Below are positions 8,319 through 16,656 of a stretch of DNA of 32,000 nucleotides, in pieces. The notes under the pieces are model-generated. The model worked only from the letters and a program-made list of their open reading frames with translations. It did not search any database and was not told the origin of the DNA. The translations under genes and the position numbers were made by a program. Source of the DNA: Chryseobacterium ginsenosidimutans (GTDB lineage Bacteria > Bacteroidota > Bacteroidia > Flavobacteriales > Weeksellaceae); NCBI RefSeq assembly GCF_024807225.1, contig NZ_JANUCO010000001.1, forward strand, positions 1,471,276 through 1,503,275, read 5' to 3'. The stretch's first letter is position 1. Each line of letters begins with the position of its first letter.

Positions 8319-8990
8319 TTACATGCTGGAATTGTAATATCCGTTCTCTACGCAGAAGCGGATAAGGTGGAGTTTTGTCTTCAGTCCGAGCTTTTCTGTA
8401 AGTCGGTTGATATAGGTATCAATTGTTCTTGTACTGAGGTTCAGTTTTTCTCCGATTTCCTTGTTGCTGAAGCCTTCATAGCAGAATTTCATCAGTTGGA
8501 TCTCGGTGGAAGAAAGCTCTTCCTGGCTCTTTTTTTGTCTGTCCATATAGTCCTGAACTGCCAAAGGCTGCTGTTCCCATTCTTTGGTATAAGCTGCATA
8601 ATCGAAACTGTCTGAAGTTATTTTTCCCTTAATAACATCTTTGATGATATTGCTTTTTTTCTCGCAATAAAATATATTCGGGATTTTCGAAAGAATTTCT
8701 GCCATATCTTCCTGATAAGTTCCGGAATAAGTGATTATGGGGGTTTCCGTATTGCTTTTTCGGATGTATTTGATGGCTTCAAGACCACTTAATACCGGCA
8801 TGAAAAGTTCTACGATGAACACGTCTTCCTGTCTTCTGTAATTTCTGCTAATAAGCTCGTGGCCGTTGTTGCAGTCATTAAGAAGCATGTAAAACGGATT
8901 TTCGGTAAGCGTCTTAATCATTATTTTTTTAAAATAAAAATCACTGTCTGCTATAGAGAATCGCACAGTATTAGTTAGTATTTTGCTCAC
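8319..8990 (-). CDS. Orphan NarL/LuxR-family response-regulator-like protein with Asp->Glu at the phosphoacceptor position; divergent from the T6SS membrane-complex operon
   Basis: 223 aa with a GTG start. C-terminal LuxR HTH (STEIQLMKFCYEGFSNKEIGEKLNLSTRTIDTYINRLTEKLGL). The receiver segment QEDVFIVELFMPVLSGLEAIKYIR aligns residue-for-residue with NarL [24 protein letters not shown], except D->E. Confidence 0.8.
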   Translation of the reverse strand: MSKILTNTVRFSIADSDFYFKKIMIKTLTENPFYMLLNDCNNGHELISRNYRRQEDVFIVELFMPVLSGLEAIKYIRKSNTETPIITYSGTYQEDMAEILSKIPNIFYCEKKSNIIKDVIKGKITSDSFDYAAYTKEWEQQPLAVQDYMDRQKKSQEELSSTEIQLMKFCYEGFSNKEIGEKLNLSTRTIDTYINRLTEKLGLKTKLHLIRFCVENGYYNSSM

Positions 8991-9168
8991 TTTAATATCG
9001 ATTTGGTGTAGAATAATTAGAATTCCGGGACTAAATTATGAAAATATAGCGAAAGTGAAAATTAATCTTAAATTAATTAAAAGTATGGTGTTATTTCCTT
9101 AAAAATCGTAAATTTTGTGCATAAATTATTTTTTTATAATTTCACAGACCCAAACAAATCACAAACAT

Positions 9169-9705
9169 ATGTCTTCGAACAGGGAGAAAAAACTAAACAA
9201 AACGGACGTCAGAGTAGGCATTTGGAAATTTATTCTATCGTTTATCGCATTATCAGGTGTTGCTTTCATCTGTGTGTTCTTCTTTTTCAAAAGTTATGAT
9301 ATACAGAGAGAAGGAATTAAAAAACAAGCAGATGACTACCGCGAACTGCTTACCAGAAGCGACTTACTGAGAACTCATGTAGACAGCATCATGTACCGGA
9401 TGGATCAGCTTGATATCAGCAAGGTGGACAATGATATTTTTCTTAGGAATTATATCATGGATAACGTGCGGGATGCCAAAAATATCATGGGAAAAGATAG
9501 TGCAGATAATTTTAAACATTATTCGATCTTAATGAAACAGATTGAGCCGATGCTGGCTTTAAAAAATCAAATTATTAATATTTCTTACAAAGAACAGACT
9601 GCTCTGAGGAATTTGAGCGAGTGCAGAGGAAGAGTAGGAGTGGCAAACGACGAATTGAGGGTAGATCCTACAAGAAAATTCTCAGGAAGCAGACGTAGAA
9701 GATAA
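9169..9705 (+). CDS. Single-pass inner-membrane protein, candidate T6SS-iii membrane-complex subunit (TssN/O/P/Q class, not resolved)
   Basis: The track ORF starts at TTG 9115; the first ATG (9169, MSSNREKK...) is preferred. One TM helix (WKFILSFIALSGVAFICVFFFF) followed by a coiled-coil-like region. First gene of an operon ending in a TssR-like gene. Confidence 0.6.
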   Translation: MSSNREKKLNKTDVRVGIWKFILSFIALSGVAFICVFFFFKSYDIQREGIKKQADDYRELLTRSDLLRTHVDSIMYRMDQLDISKVDNDIFLRNYIMDNVRDAKNIMGKDSADNFKHYSILMKQIEPMLALKNQIINISYKEQTALRNLSECRGRVGVANDELRVDPTRKFSGSRRRR

Positions 9706-9716
9706 AAACGAAAATT

Positions 9717-10244
9717 ATGCAGGAACAAATCACACTATCAAAAAAAGAAAGGCATTATCAGTTTTTATATTTGATTTTAATGCTTTTGGCGGCACTTCTA
9801 TTTTTAGGAATTATATTTTTAAAAGGATTTGAATCACCGTTTTCCGATGAAGACATGATTTCTGTTCAGAATCTTGAAGAAAAAGCAAAATTCGATCAGA
9901 AACAGAGATATTCTTACAAAACGTTAGACAGTACATTTTCAATGATTAATAAGCTTACGGACGAAACACCGGAGCCTTTTGTGGAAAACAATATCATGTA
10001 CGGAATCAACGATGTCGCTAATTATTTCCAAAACGGAGACAATATTTCCGACATCAGAAAAGATGCTTATCCGCAGATCGCGAAATTTTACAAAATGTAC
10101 TTCAACGACAAGAAAATTATTTCAAGCAAAACAGAAAATATTAAAAGTTTTACAAAACAGTTTGAAGAATGCTCAATCGGTTTTAAAGAAAAGAAAAGCC
10201 AGCTTTTCCAGCGTGAAACAGCGTTGAAATCTAGAACCCAGTAA
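9717..10244 (+). CDS. Single-pass membrane protein, candidate T6SS-iii membrane-complex subunit
   Basis: 175 aa. One TM helix (FLYLILMLLAALLFLGIIFL). Starts 11 nt after the previous stop. Confidence 0.6.
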   Translation: MQEQITLSKKERHYQFLYLILMLLAALLFLGIIFLKGFESPFSDEDMISVQNLEEKAKFDQKQRYSYKTLDSTFSMINKLTDETPEPFVENNIMYGINDVANYFQNGDNISDIRKDAYPQIAKFYKMYFNDKKIISSKTENIKSFTKQFEECSIGFKEKKSQLFQRETALKSRTQ

Positions 10245-10295
10245 AACTGAAAATTTTACGCTAAGGAAAAATTACCCATCACACAATTATTAACT

Positions 10296-10736
10296 ATGAA
10301 TTACTTTCAAAAAAACAAAAAGAACATTATTATTGGTGTTATTGCAACTTTGCTCATCGCAGCGCTGGTTGCATTATGGTTGCAGAAGAAGGTGATACAC
10401 TCCGCAGACGATATTGTAGGAGTTGTAAACCCATCTTCCATTGCCGTAGGAGATACCCTTTTGTTTGAAGACATGACCCAATTTGCAAAAACCAGAAGAT
10501 GGAACTTTGGAGACGGACAATCATCGGATAAAAACAGAGGTATCCACTTTTACAATAGACCGGGATATTATCAGGTGACATTGATTATCGATAACAAATA
10601 TTCCAAATCTTTTCCGGTAATGGTCTCCGCCAGAAGCGTTCCAAAGCCGCAAGATTCAACAAAATCTAAAACTTTAATCGATGCACAGACACAGGCAATG
10701 CAGTTTGAAAACGTGCAGTTTCCGTGCGATTTCTGA
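10296..10736 (+). CDS. N-terminal part of a frameshifted membrane-anchored two-PKD-domain protein (candidate T6SS-iii membrane-complex subunit)
   Basis: TM helix (IIIGVIATLLIAALVALWL) followed by a PKD-like domain (GDTLLFED...WNFGDGQSS....HFYNRPGYYQVTLII). Ends in the first strand of a second PKD domain. Confidence 0.65.
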   Translation: MNYFQKNKKNIIIGVIATLLIAALVALWLQKKVIHSADDIVGVVNPSSIAVGDTLLFEDMTQFAKTRRWNFGDGQSSDKNRGIHFYNRPGYYQVTLIIDNKYSKSFPVMVSARSVPKPQDSTKSKTLIDAQTQAMQFENVQFPCDF

Positions 10737-11205
10737 AGGAAAACAGTTCACATGGAAATTTGGGGAAACCGGAAATATCGATTCCAAAGACAAAATGGCG
10801 ATTTATTCTTACAAAAAACCGGGAGATTACATCGTAACACTTTATACAGACGAAAGCGAAGAGCCGATTTTGCATCAGATCAAGATTCTTCCTGCTTACG
10901 ACGCTTTGGAAGAAGAAGTGAGTGTAGAAGATTCTTATGCTAAAATTGATAACGATTTTAAATATCACTTGCAGCAAATTGCCAACGGAAACAGCTTCAA
11001 TATGCATTACAATTATCTGTTGAAAACATATCTGTGCAACAACGAAAATACTGTGGTAAAGGTAAACGACAGCAAAGTAAATAACTTTTACATGTATTGT
11101 GCAGGTCTTCAGTTTGATAAAAATATGGTTATCCAGACCGTAAAAGTGAACTTCGATGATACGCAAAACTGTGTAACCAAAGTTGATATAAACCAAAGTA
11201 AATAA
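10681..11205 (+). CDS. C-terminal part of the same frameshifted PKD protein (+1 frame); real sequence probably resumes near 10723
   Basis: The +1 frame reads RAISEGKQFTWKFGETGNIDSKDKMAIYSYKKPGDYIVTLY, the rest of a PKD domain whose first strand (ENVQF) is in the previous frame. Confidence 0.6.
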   Translation: MHRHRQCSLKTCSFRAISEGKQFTWKFGETGNIDSKDKMAIYSYKKPGDYIVTLYTDESEEPILHQIKILPAYDALEEEVSVEDSYAKIDNDFKYHLQQIANGNSFNMHYNYLLKTYLCNNENTVVKVNDSKVNNFYMYCAGLQFDKNMVIQTVKVNFDDTQNCVTKVDINQSK

Positions 11206-11256
11206 TTTCTCGTTCAGAATTTTTTTTGAACGCACCAAATCATTAAATAAATTAGG

Positions 11257-13656
11257 ATGAAAAATAAATTTCCTCTAGCAGCATATTACGTAGGAGTTTC
11301 GGTTTTATTGGTAAGTTGCCAAGTAAAACTGCCGTCGAAAAAAACTCCGGAGCCATCGCAGTACGGTCAGGTTGATACCTCACCTGTCGTGAATGGTTTT
11401 CCTAAAAAATCAGCTCCATGGATCGCTATTTCAGACAGATCCAGAAATACGGCTTATCTAGATAAAAATGACGAAAAATCTTACAAAGAAGTTAAGTTTT
11501 TAGAGCCTTTAATGGTCATAAAAAACAGAGACGGAATGGTAAAAGTAGCAGAATATATTCCTGATGCTTTAATGAAAAAAGTTTCGTCGAAACAGATCAA
11601 AACATACGGCTGGATCCCAGAATCTGAACTTCTTCTCTGGAGCAATTCTCTGAAAAGCGAAAAAACAGGTTTTCCCGTGAGAGTAGCAGTTTTACCGAGT
11701 AACAGCGAAGTCATCAGAAGCTCAGAAAGATATTATAAAAACGATTCGATCATGGTGTTTAATTCACCGAGTCTTATCGAGCAGGCCAACGTGAAAATCC
11801 CGAACGGACAAGTCGTTTACGTTTACAAACAAGCCGAAAACAACAAAAGATTCTTGGTCGGAAAGAAACCGACCATCGATATGGACAGCATCAGTACGAG
11901 TTTGTACGGTTGGGTAAGTTCCAATGTAGTTTCAGCTTGGGGAGAGCGTTCTGCGGTTAAAATGAAAAATACAACAGGCGTTACAGAAACAGCTTTAGGG
12001 CTTCACGAAGGTTCTCCGGGGAAAAACGAAACGGGAGACAGAACCTCAATTCTTTTGACAGATGTGAATAAAAGAACGCCTCTTGAAAATATTTACCCTG
12101 TAACTTTACCGTTAAATGAAGCTCCGACTCCGGATTCAAAAACAAAATATTTTACGAATGTTTTAGATTACAGTAAAAATTATGTTTTCAATGTATTGGG
12201 AGAACAGATTTATTTTGACCGTTACAGAGAGATTACGGAGAGAAATAAGAGAATTAATATCGTTTTCGCTTTAGACATCAGTGCTCCGAATGCGCCTTAT
12301 GCTCCGATTGTGAAGTCTTTATTACAGGATTTGCAATTGAGATTCGAAAAACCGTCTTATTTTAATCAGGTGAAATATGGAGTTGTTTTGTATAAAAATA
12401 ATTCTTGTGGAGACAATGTAGCAGTTTCAAATTTAAGTACAGATTACAGCAAGATCACCAAATTCATTGATGATAAAACTAATGAGATGAACTGTCCGAG
12501 CAACAGCGGTTATCAACCTGTAAATGAAGGTTTAATGGCAGCCGGAAATCTTTTGTCAAATGTTCCTGATGAAACCAATATCGTTGTAACGGTAGGAACT
12601 TCGGCGAACCAAAGCGGAAACATGTATGGTGTGATTAATTCTCTGACGCAAGCTCAGGCAAGAGTAATTATGTTTCAGACAAGTGCAAGAACATCAGATA
12701 CGTATAACGATTTTGTCTTAATGGCTGAAAATGTAGTGACGAATACTGCAAAAAATATCGCTGAATTAAAGAAACAGAAAATCATTAACCAAAATGATGT
12801 TTTAACTAAAAATAATTTCAGTCTGGTTGAAGGCGACGAAGGTTTCTTCTCATTAAATTATCCGAAACAAAGTATGTCTCAAGGTTTTGTGATCTTCCCT
12901 AAAAAAGGCGACATCGCAACTCCCGGTTATCTTAAAAAATCTGTAGACAGCTTAATTTCTCAGGTTACGTTGGATAATACCACGTTGGATAAATCTTTAA
13001 ATGATTATTTCCATTCATCAGTAGGAGCGGGAAGAACGGATGTTGATGTGAAGTATAAATATCTTTATCCGGGGCTTACAAACCCAGTTCCTGCTGGAAT
13101 TGCAGCACAGTTGATCAATTATGGAAGTCCGTTTTTAGCGAAAGGTTATATCCCGAAAGAACTGAAAGATTACAAACCGGGATTAGAAAAAGGGATCTTA
13201 ATTTCTGAAGCTGAATACGATAATTTAAAAATGTTCTATACCGAAGTTTACAAAAATACGGGAGCAGAAAGATCAGATTTCAAACAGTCAAGCGCCATCA
13301 ATGAATACGTAAGATTGTTGAAAAAATATAATCCGACCATAAAATTCCTTGACAAAAGCGAGCTTTACAAACAGCCAATGTCTTATGCAGTGGGAATCAG
13401 CACTGGTTTTGATAATTCTGAAGAAGAATTAATGACAAAATATATGCTGAAAGGCTGGAAAAAATCGAAAATTGTGACGAATGAAACCGTAAGGTCATAC
13501 TTCCGTCATTACAAAGATTTGGTAGAAAGAATGTTGACACACAGAAACGATCCTGCCGTGAAAATTCAGCAGAACGGACAGACTTTCTATTGGTTGAATG
13601 AGTATTTCATGCCGACAATGGCACCAACAGAAGAACCTGAATATACTAAGCATTAA
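11257..13656 (+). CDS. tssR: Large TssR-like T6SS-iii lipoprotein with vWA-like domain
   Basis: 799 aa. Lipobox (SVLLVSC). vWA/MIDAS-like segment (INIVFALDISAPNAPY...). Size, lipoprotein nature and position at the end of the membrane-protein operon match TssR. The family call is from memory, not a search. Confidence 0.6.
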   Translation: MKNKFPLAAYYVGVSVLLVSCQVKLPSKKTPEPSQYGQVDTSPVVNGFPKKSAPWIAISDRSRNTAYLDKNDEKSYKEVKFLEPLMVIKNRDGMVKVAEYIPDALMKKVSSKQIKTYGWIPESELLLWSNSLKSEKTGFPVRVAVLPSNSEVIRSSERYYKNDSIMVFNSPSLIEQANVKIPNGQVVYVYKQAENNKRFLVGKKPTIDMDSISTSLYGWVSSNVVSAWGERSAVKMKNTTGVTETALGLHEGSPGKNETGDRTSILLTDVNKRTPLENIYPVTLPLNEAPTPDSKTKYFTNVLDYSKNYVFNVLGEQIYFDRYREITERNKRINIVFALDISAPNAPYAPIVKSLLQDLQLRFEKPSYFNQVKYGVVLYKNNSCGDNVAVSNLSTDYSKITKFIDDKTNEMNCPSNSGYQPVNEGLMAAGNLLSNVPDETNIVVTVGTSANQSGNMYGVINSLTQAQARVIMFQTSARTSDTYNDFVLMAENVVTNTAKNIAELKKQKIINQNDVLTKNNFSLVEGDEGFFSLNYPKQSMSQGFVIFPKKGDIATPGYLKKSVDSLISQVTLDNTTLDKSLNDYFHSSVGAGRTDVDVKYKYLYPGLTNPVPAGIAAQLINYGSPFLAKGYIPKELKDYKPGLEKGILISEAEYDNLKMFYTEVYKNTGAERSDFKQSSAINEYVRLLKKYNPTIKFLDKSELYKQPMSYAVGISTGFDNSEEELMTKYMLKGWKKSKIVTNETVRSYFRHYKDLVERMLTHRNDPAVKIQQNGQTFYWLNEYFMPTMAPTEEPEYTKH

Positions 13657-13670
13657 TAACTTATAATACG

Positions 13671-13698
13671 AAAAAGCGGAAATTTATTTCCGCTTTTT
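13671..13698 (+). terminator. Rho-independent terminator after the tssR-like gene
   Basis: aaaaagcggaaa-ttta-tttccgcttttt: perfect 12-bp stem, 4-nt loop, followed by a T-rich tail. Confidence 0.75.
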
Positions 13699-13720
13699 CT
13701 ATTTTTTAGTGTAAATTTTT

Positions 13721-13728
13721 TATCTTTG
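13721..13728 (+). promoter_or_regulatory. Candidate -7 promoter box (TATCTTTG) for the PAAR-like/effector operon
   Basis: Exact TAnnTTTG match 23 nt upstream of the ATG at 13751, just after a terminator. Confidence 0.45.
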
Positions 13729-13750
13729 ATATTACCCAAATTACAGTATT

Positions 13751-14254
13751 ATGTCACAGCAATCATCACCTCATGATGGCAAATATTTTGTTATCCAGAA
13801 AGGTAAAGCCCAGTGCAATCAGGGTGATAAATTCCCACAATATAAAGTTACTTCACATCAGAAACATTTTTGGAATGATTCTGATGGAAACGCAGATTTT
13901 CTTGGTGTCACCGAAGACGACCTTCAGTTTACTCCTCCCGGTCCAAGTTTCGGACAATGCAAATTGAAGCCTACTTCCGGCGGATATTTACCATGTTCTT
14001 ACGCTCCTGCCGGAAAATGGCAGAAAACCTATGACAAAGTAAAGATCATGGGTAAAAAGATTGTAACAGAGCTTTCTGAACTGCAATGTACCATCGGTGG
14101 AAAAATTACGATCAATGATCACGGACAGCGCGGACAAATGAGCAAAAAAAACGTGAAGAATGCCGACAATAAAACGGTACAGCACATCAATCCGCTGGTG
14201 AAAATGCAGGACTTCAAAGAGACGGTCTTGGAAAGTGAATTAGACGCTTATTAA
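13751..14254 (+). CDS. PAAR-like DUF4280-domain protein (T6SS spike tip/adaptor)
   Basis: 167 aa. DUF4280 pattern present: KGKAQCNQG ... SFGQCKLKP...YLPCSYAPAGKWQ...VKIMGKKIVTELSELQCTIGGKITINDHGQ. Confidence 0.75.
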   Translation: MSQQSSPHDGKYFVIQKGKAQCNQGDKFPQYKVTSHQKHFWNDSDGNADFLGVTEDDLQFTPPGPSFGQCKLKPTSGGYLPCSYAPAGKWQKTYDKVKIMGKKIVTELSELQCTIGGKITINDHGQRGQMSKKNVKNADNKTVQHINPLVKMQDFKETVLESELDAY

Positions 14255-14272
14255 CTGTAAACGCTTTCGATT

Positions 14273-16648
14273 ATGTCAAAAATAGGAGTTGCAAAAATTG
14301 CCGGGAATCCTTCACCAAAAATAGGAGAGAAAACGGTATACGCTGTTACAGATTGGTATCCTTCAACTCCTGCGAGTGAAAGAAATCCGGCTTTGGTTAC
14401 TTGGGAATTGTTTAAAAAACGTTCCAACGGAAGTTTTACCACCACCAATATCAAAAAAATAGGTGACGGAAATTTTACGTTCGGAGAAGTGGCTCTTAAA
14501 AATACCTACCGTTTGGAAGCTTACCTTCATGAGCCGGAAGGAAAAGGTTCTACAACAATTGATATCACTCCGCAATCAATAGAAATTCCAAAAATTAATA
14601 AGGTTGAATTACGCTATGTTGATGATTCTCCGGGAACGGTTTTCAGTTATACCGAAAAAATGATTGCTAAAGCTCAGTGCGTAAATCTTACAGGCGAAAA
14701 ATTGACTTTTACACTTTGGGAAGATGATGCAAAAGGCGAAGATCATAATGCCAATAATTTATTTGTCGACAGTAAAGAAGGCATTGTAGACAGAACCGGA
14801 AATGCAACCGCTGAATTTGTTTTAACAAAAGCTTTAATGCAGAAAGCGGCAAAAGGAGAAAGAGATCCTAAAGAACTGGAATTTTACGTAACAGTAGAAT
14901 ATTATAAAAATAAAAAACATGCTACAGCTAATGTAGATGTTAAAAATCCGGATTATAAAGAGCCTGTACAGCAACCGAAACCTGCTGCAACACCGCCCAA
15001 AAGCAGTACTCCTGCTCAACCTTCCAAAACTCCCCCTAAAGCAAACGGTTCCCCCGCTGCTTCTAAACCTGCCTCCCAAAAAGAAGAAAAAGGGATTATG
15101 GATAAAGCTGCAGAATGGTGGGATGAGCTTTGGGATTGGGGAGAATCTAAGGGTACCGTAAAGCCTGAGAAAAAACCGACGGTGCAGAAACCGGAGGGGA
15201 AGACTGTAAGTCAGGTTGGCGGAACAAAAAAAGAAATATTCGAAAAAGTAGTAGGCTTAGGAAAAGAAGCTGTTATCTATATTTCAAGTGAAATTGCAAC
15301 TGAAATAAAGGTTGATAAAGCTGGCAAAATAACTTCTCATCCTGACTACGGTGGATATAATGGAATGACCGAATATAAAGAAGGAGATAAATTATATGCC
15401 AAGAAGCTTCCAAACGGGAAAAGTGCCTTTCCTCTTTATAAAATGTATATTTATAGAGGGAATAAAGTAGGAGAAGCAGTAAAAAAATTAAAACAGGATC
15501 TTGAATTTAAAACTCACGAAAATGCAGAATCTACAGTTTTAACGGTTGCAAGACACGCGCAAACCAATAATAAAGATTATGGTAAAAGTGGTCCACTACC
15601 GCCAAATACTATGACCACATTATATCGTGTAAGGTATATGCAAGCTTGGAATCATGCGAACAAAGAAAGTTTCAGATATAGGATTGTAAGTGATAATACT
15701 TCCAATTTAAAACCTGTAAAAGAATTGGCAAAAGAAGTTTCCAGTGGTGCAATGGCACTCGGCAGTAGAGGCTCAATTTCTCTTGACCCTTGGAGATCTT
15801 CTGGTTTGATAGGTTGTGTGGGAATAAGAAACTCTGATGGTGAAACACATTCAAGTTGTGCAAAAGAATATCCTAACCAAGATAAAGTAAACTATAAATT
15901 CATCTACCATGCTCTAAATAATTATTTAGAAACCGTAATTCCAGAACTTACAGGAGTGTATGGCAGAAGAGGTTATTCTAGTAGTGGAACAGTTGATGTA
16001 GCAGCTTCGGAGTTTAAGGAAGAGGTGAAAGTCTTTGTTTTAGTAGATCCACTTCCAGAATTGAGTGCTTGTAAATTAAACCTTAAAAAAGATGGCAGAG
16101 AAGAGTTTTACAATGAGTTTGGAAAAGCTGCAATAGATCTTGTAGGAAGTAAAGGAAAATCGAATAAATTCAAAGGACTTTATATGGTTGCACAAAGAAG
16201 ACAGGAAAATGGCTTCAAATTAGCTGTACCCAATAATAACCCAATGAATATAAAAGGTAAAGGTGACCTTGGTTCATCTCCTTTAAAAACGCATGAATAT
16301 GAAGATGGAAAAAAAATTAATATTACAGATGGTTTTGCTAATTTCTCTACTGTAGAAAAAGGATTTGAAGGATATTTGGGGCTTTTGAATAAAAATTATA
16401 ATGAGGCTTACAATGCAATTCTGGATGATTCAAAAACTATTGATGACTTTTTAGTAGGTATGCAGGATAAAGGGAAATTAGGAGCTTATGCCACAGATCC
16501 CAATTATAAAACATTAATTAAGGGTATTTTCAATGGAGTAATTAAAGATTATAAGGAGATTTTAAATTATAAACTATGTCGCGAAAAGAAAGAAGAAGAA
16601 AAAAATAAGATTAAAAAAGATATTGAACTTCTTAATAAACTTAAATAA
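14273..16648 (+). CDS. Multidomain T6SS effector candidate: N-terminal delivery region, Pro-rich linker, unassigned central domain, C-terminal glucosaminidase (PF01832-like) peptidoglycan hydrolase domain
   Basis: 791 aa, starting 18 nt after the PAAR-like gene. Linker PVQQPKPAATPPKSSTPAQPSKTPPKANGSPAASKPAS. The C-terminus (VAQRRQENGF...NNNPMNIKGKG...FANFSTVEKGFEGYLGLL...GAYATDPNYKTLIKGI) tracks the glucosaminidase consensus (AQ..lESGwG...NlFGIKG...F..Y.s...s..dY..LL...gYATDp.Y...l..ii). Confidence 0.75.
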   Translation: MSKIGVAKIAGNPSPKIGEKTVYAVTDWYPSTPASERNPALVTWELFKKRSNGSFTTTNIKKIGDGNFTFGEVALKNTYRLEAYLHEPEGKGSTTIDITPQSIEIPKINKVELRYVDDSPGTVFSYTEKMIAKAQCVNLTGEKLTFTLWEDDAKGEDHNANNLFVDSKEGIVDRTGNATAEFVLTKALMQKAAKGERDPKELEFYVTVEYYKNKKHATANVDVKNPDYKEPVQQPKPAATPPKSSTPAQPSKTPPKANGSPAASKPASQKEEKGIMDKAAEWWDELWDWGESKGTVKPEKKPTVQKPEGKTVSQVGGTKKEIFEKVVGLGKEAVIYISSEIATEIKVDKAGKITSHPDYGGYNGMTEYKEGDKLYAKKLPNGKSAFPLYKMYIYRGNKVGEAVKKLKQDLEFKTHENAESTVLTVARHAQTNNKDYGKSGPLPPNTMTTLYRVRYMQAWNHANKESFRYRIVSDNTSNLKPVKELAKEVSSGAMALGSRGSISLDPWRSSGLIGCVGIRNSDGETHSSCAKEYPNQDKVNYKFIYHALNNYLETVIPELTGVYGRRGYSSSGTVDVAASEFKEEVKVFVLVDPLPELSACKLNLKKDGREEFYNEFGKAAIDLVGSKGKSNKFKGLYMVAQRRQENGFKLAVPNNNPMNIKGKGDLGSSPLKTHEYEDGKKINITDGFANFSTVEKGFEGYLGLLNKNYNEAYNAILDDSKTIDDFLVGMQDKGKLGAYATDPNYKTLIKGIFNGVIKDYKEILNYKLCREKKEEEKNKIKKDIELLNKLK

Positions 16649-16656
16649 ATCATAAT

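Noticed and set aside
9008-9020. GTAGAATAATTAG as a third copy of the hcp operator unit
   Set aside because: It matches at only 10/13 positions and lacks a partner site 21 bp away. It is mentioned as a weak lead but not called as a feature.
9115-9168. TTG-initiated N-terminal extensions in the ORF track (9115 for the first membrane protein, 25180 for the SLT protein)
   Set aside because: In both cases an in-frame ATG a few codons downstream (9169 and 25198) gives a sensible N-terminus: a short cytoplasmic tail plus TM, or a signal peptide. The extensions add implausible residues.
11211-11232. Hairpin cgttca-(10 nt)-tgaacg between the PKD gene and the tssR-like gene
   Set aside because: The stem is only 6 bp and no T-run follows it. 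It sits inside an apparent operon and is insufficient to call a terminator or attenuator.
15740-15830. LIGCVGIRN motif in the effector's central domain as a YkuD-type L,D-transpeptidase active site
   Set aside because: The conserved His expected about 15-18 residues upstream of the Cys is absent, so the resemblance may be coincidental. It is kept only as a note within the effector finding.
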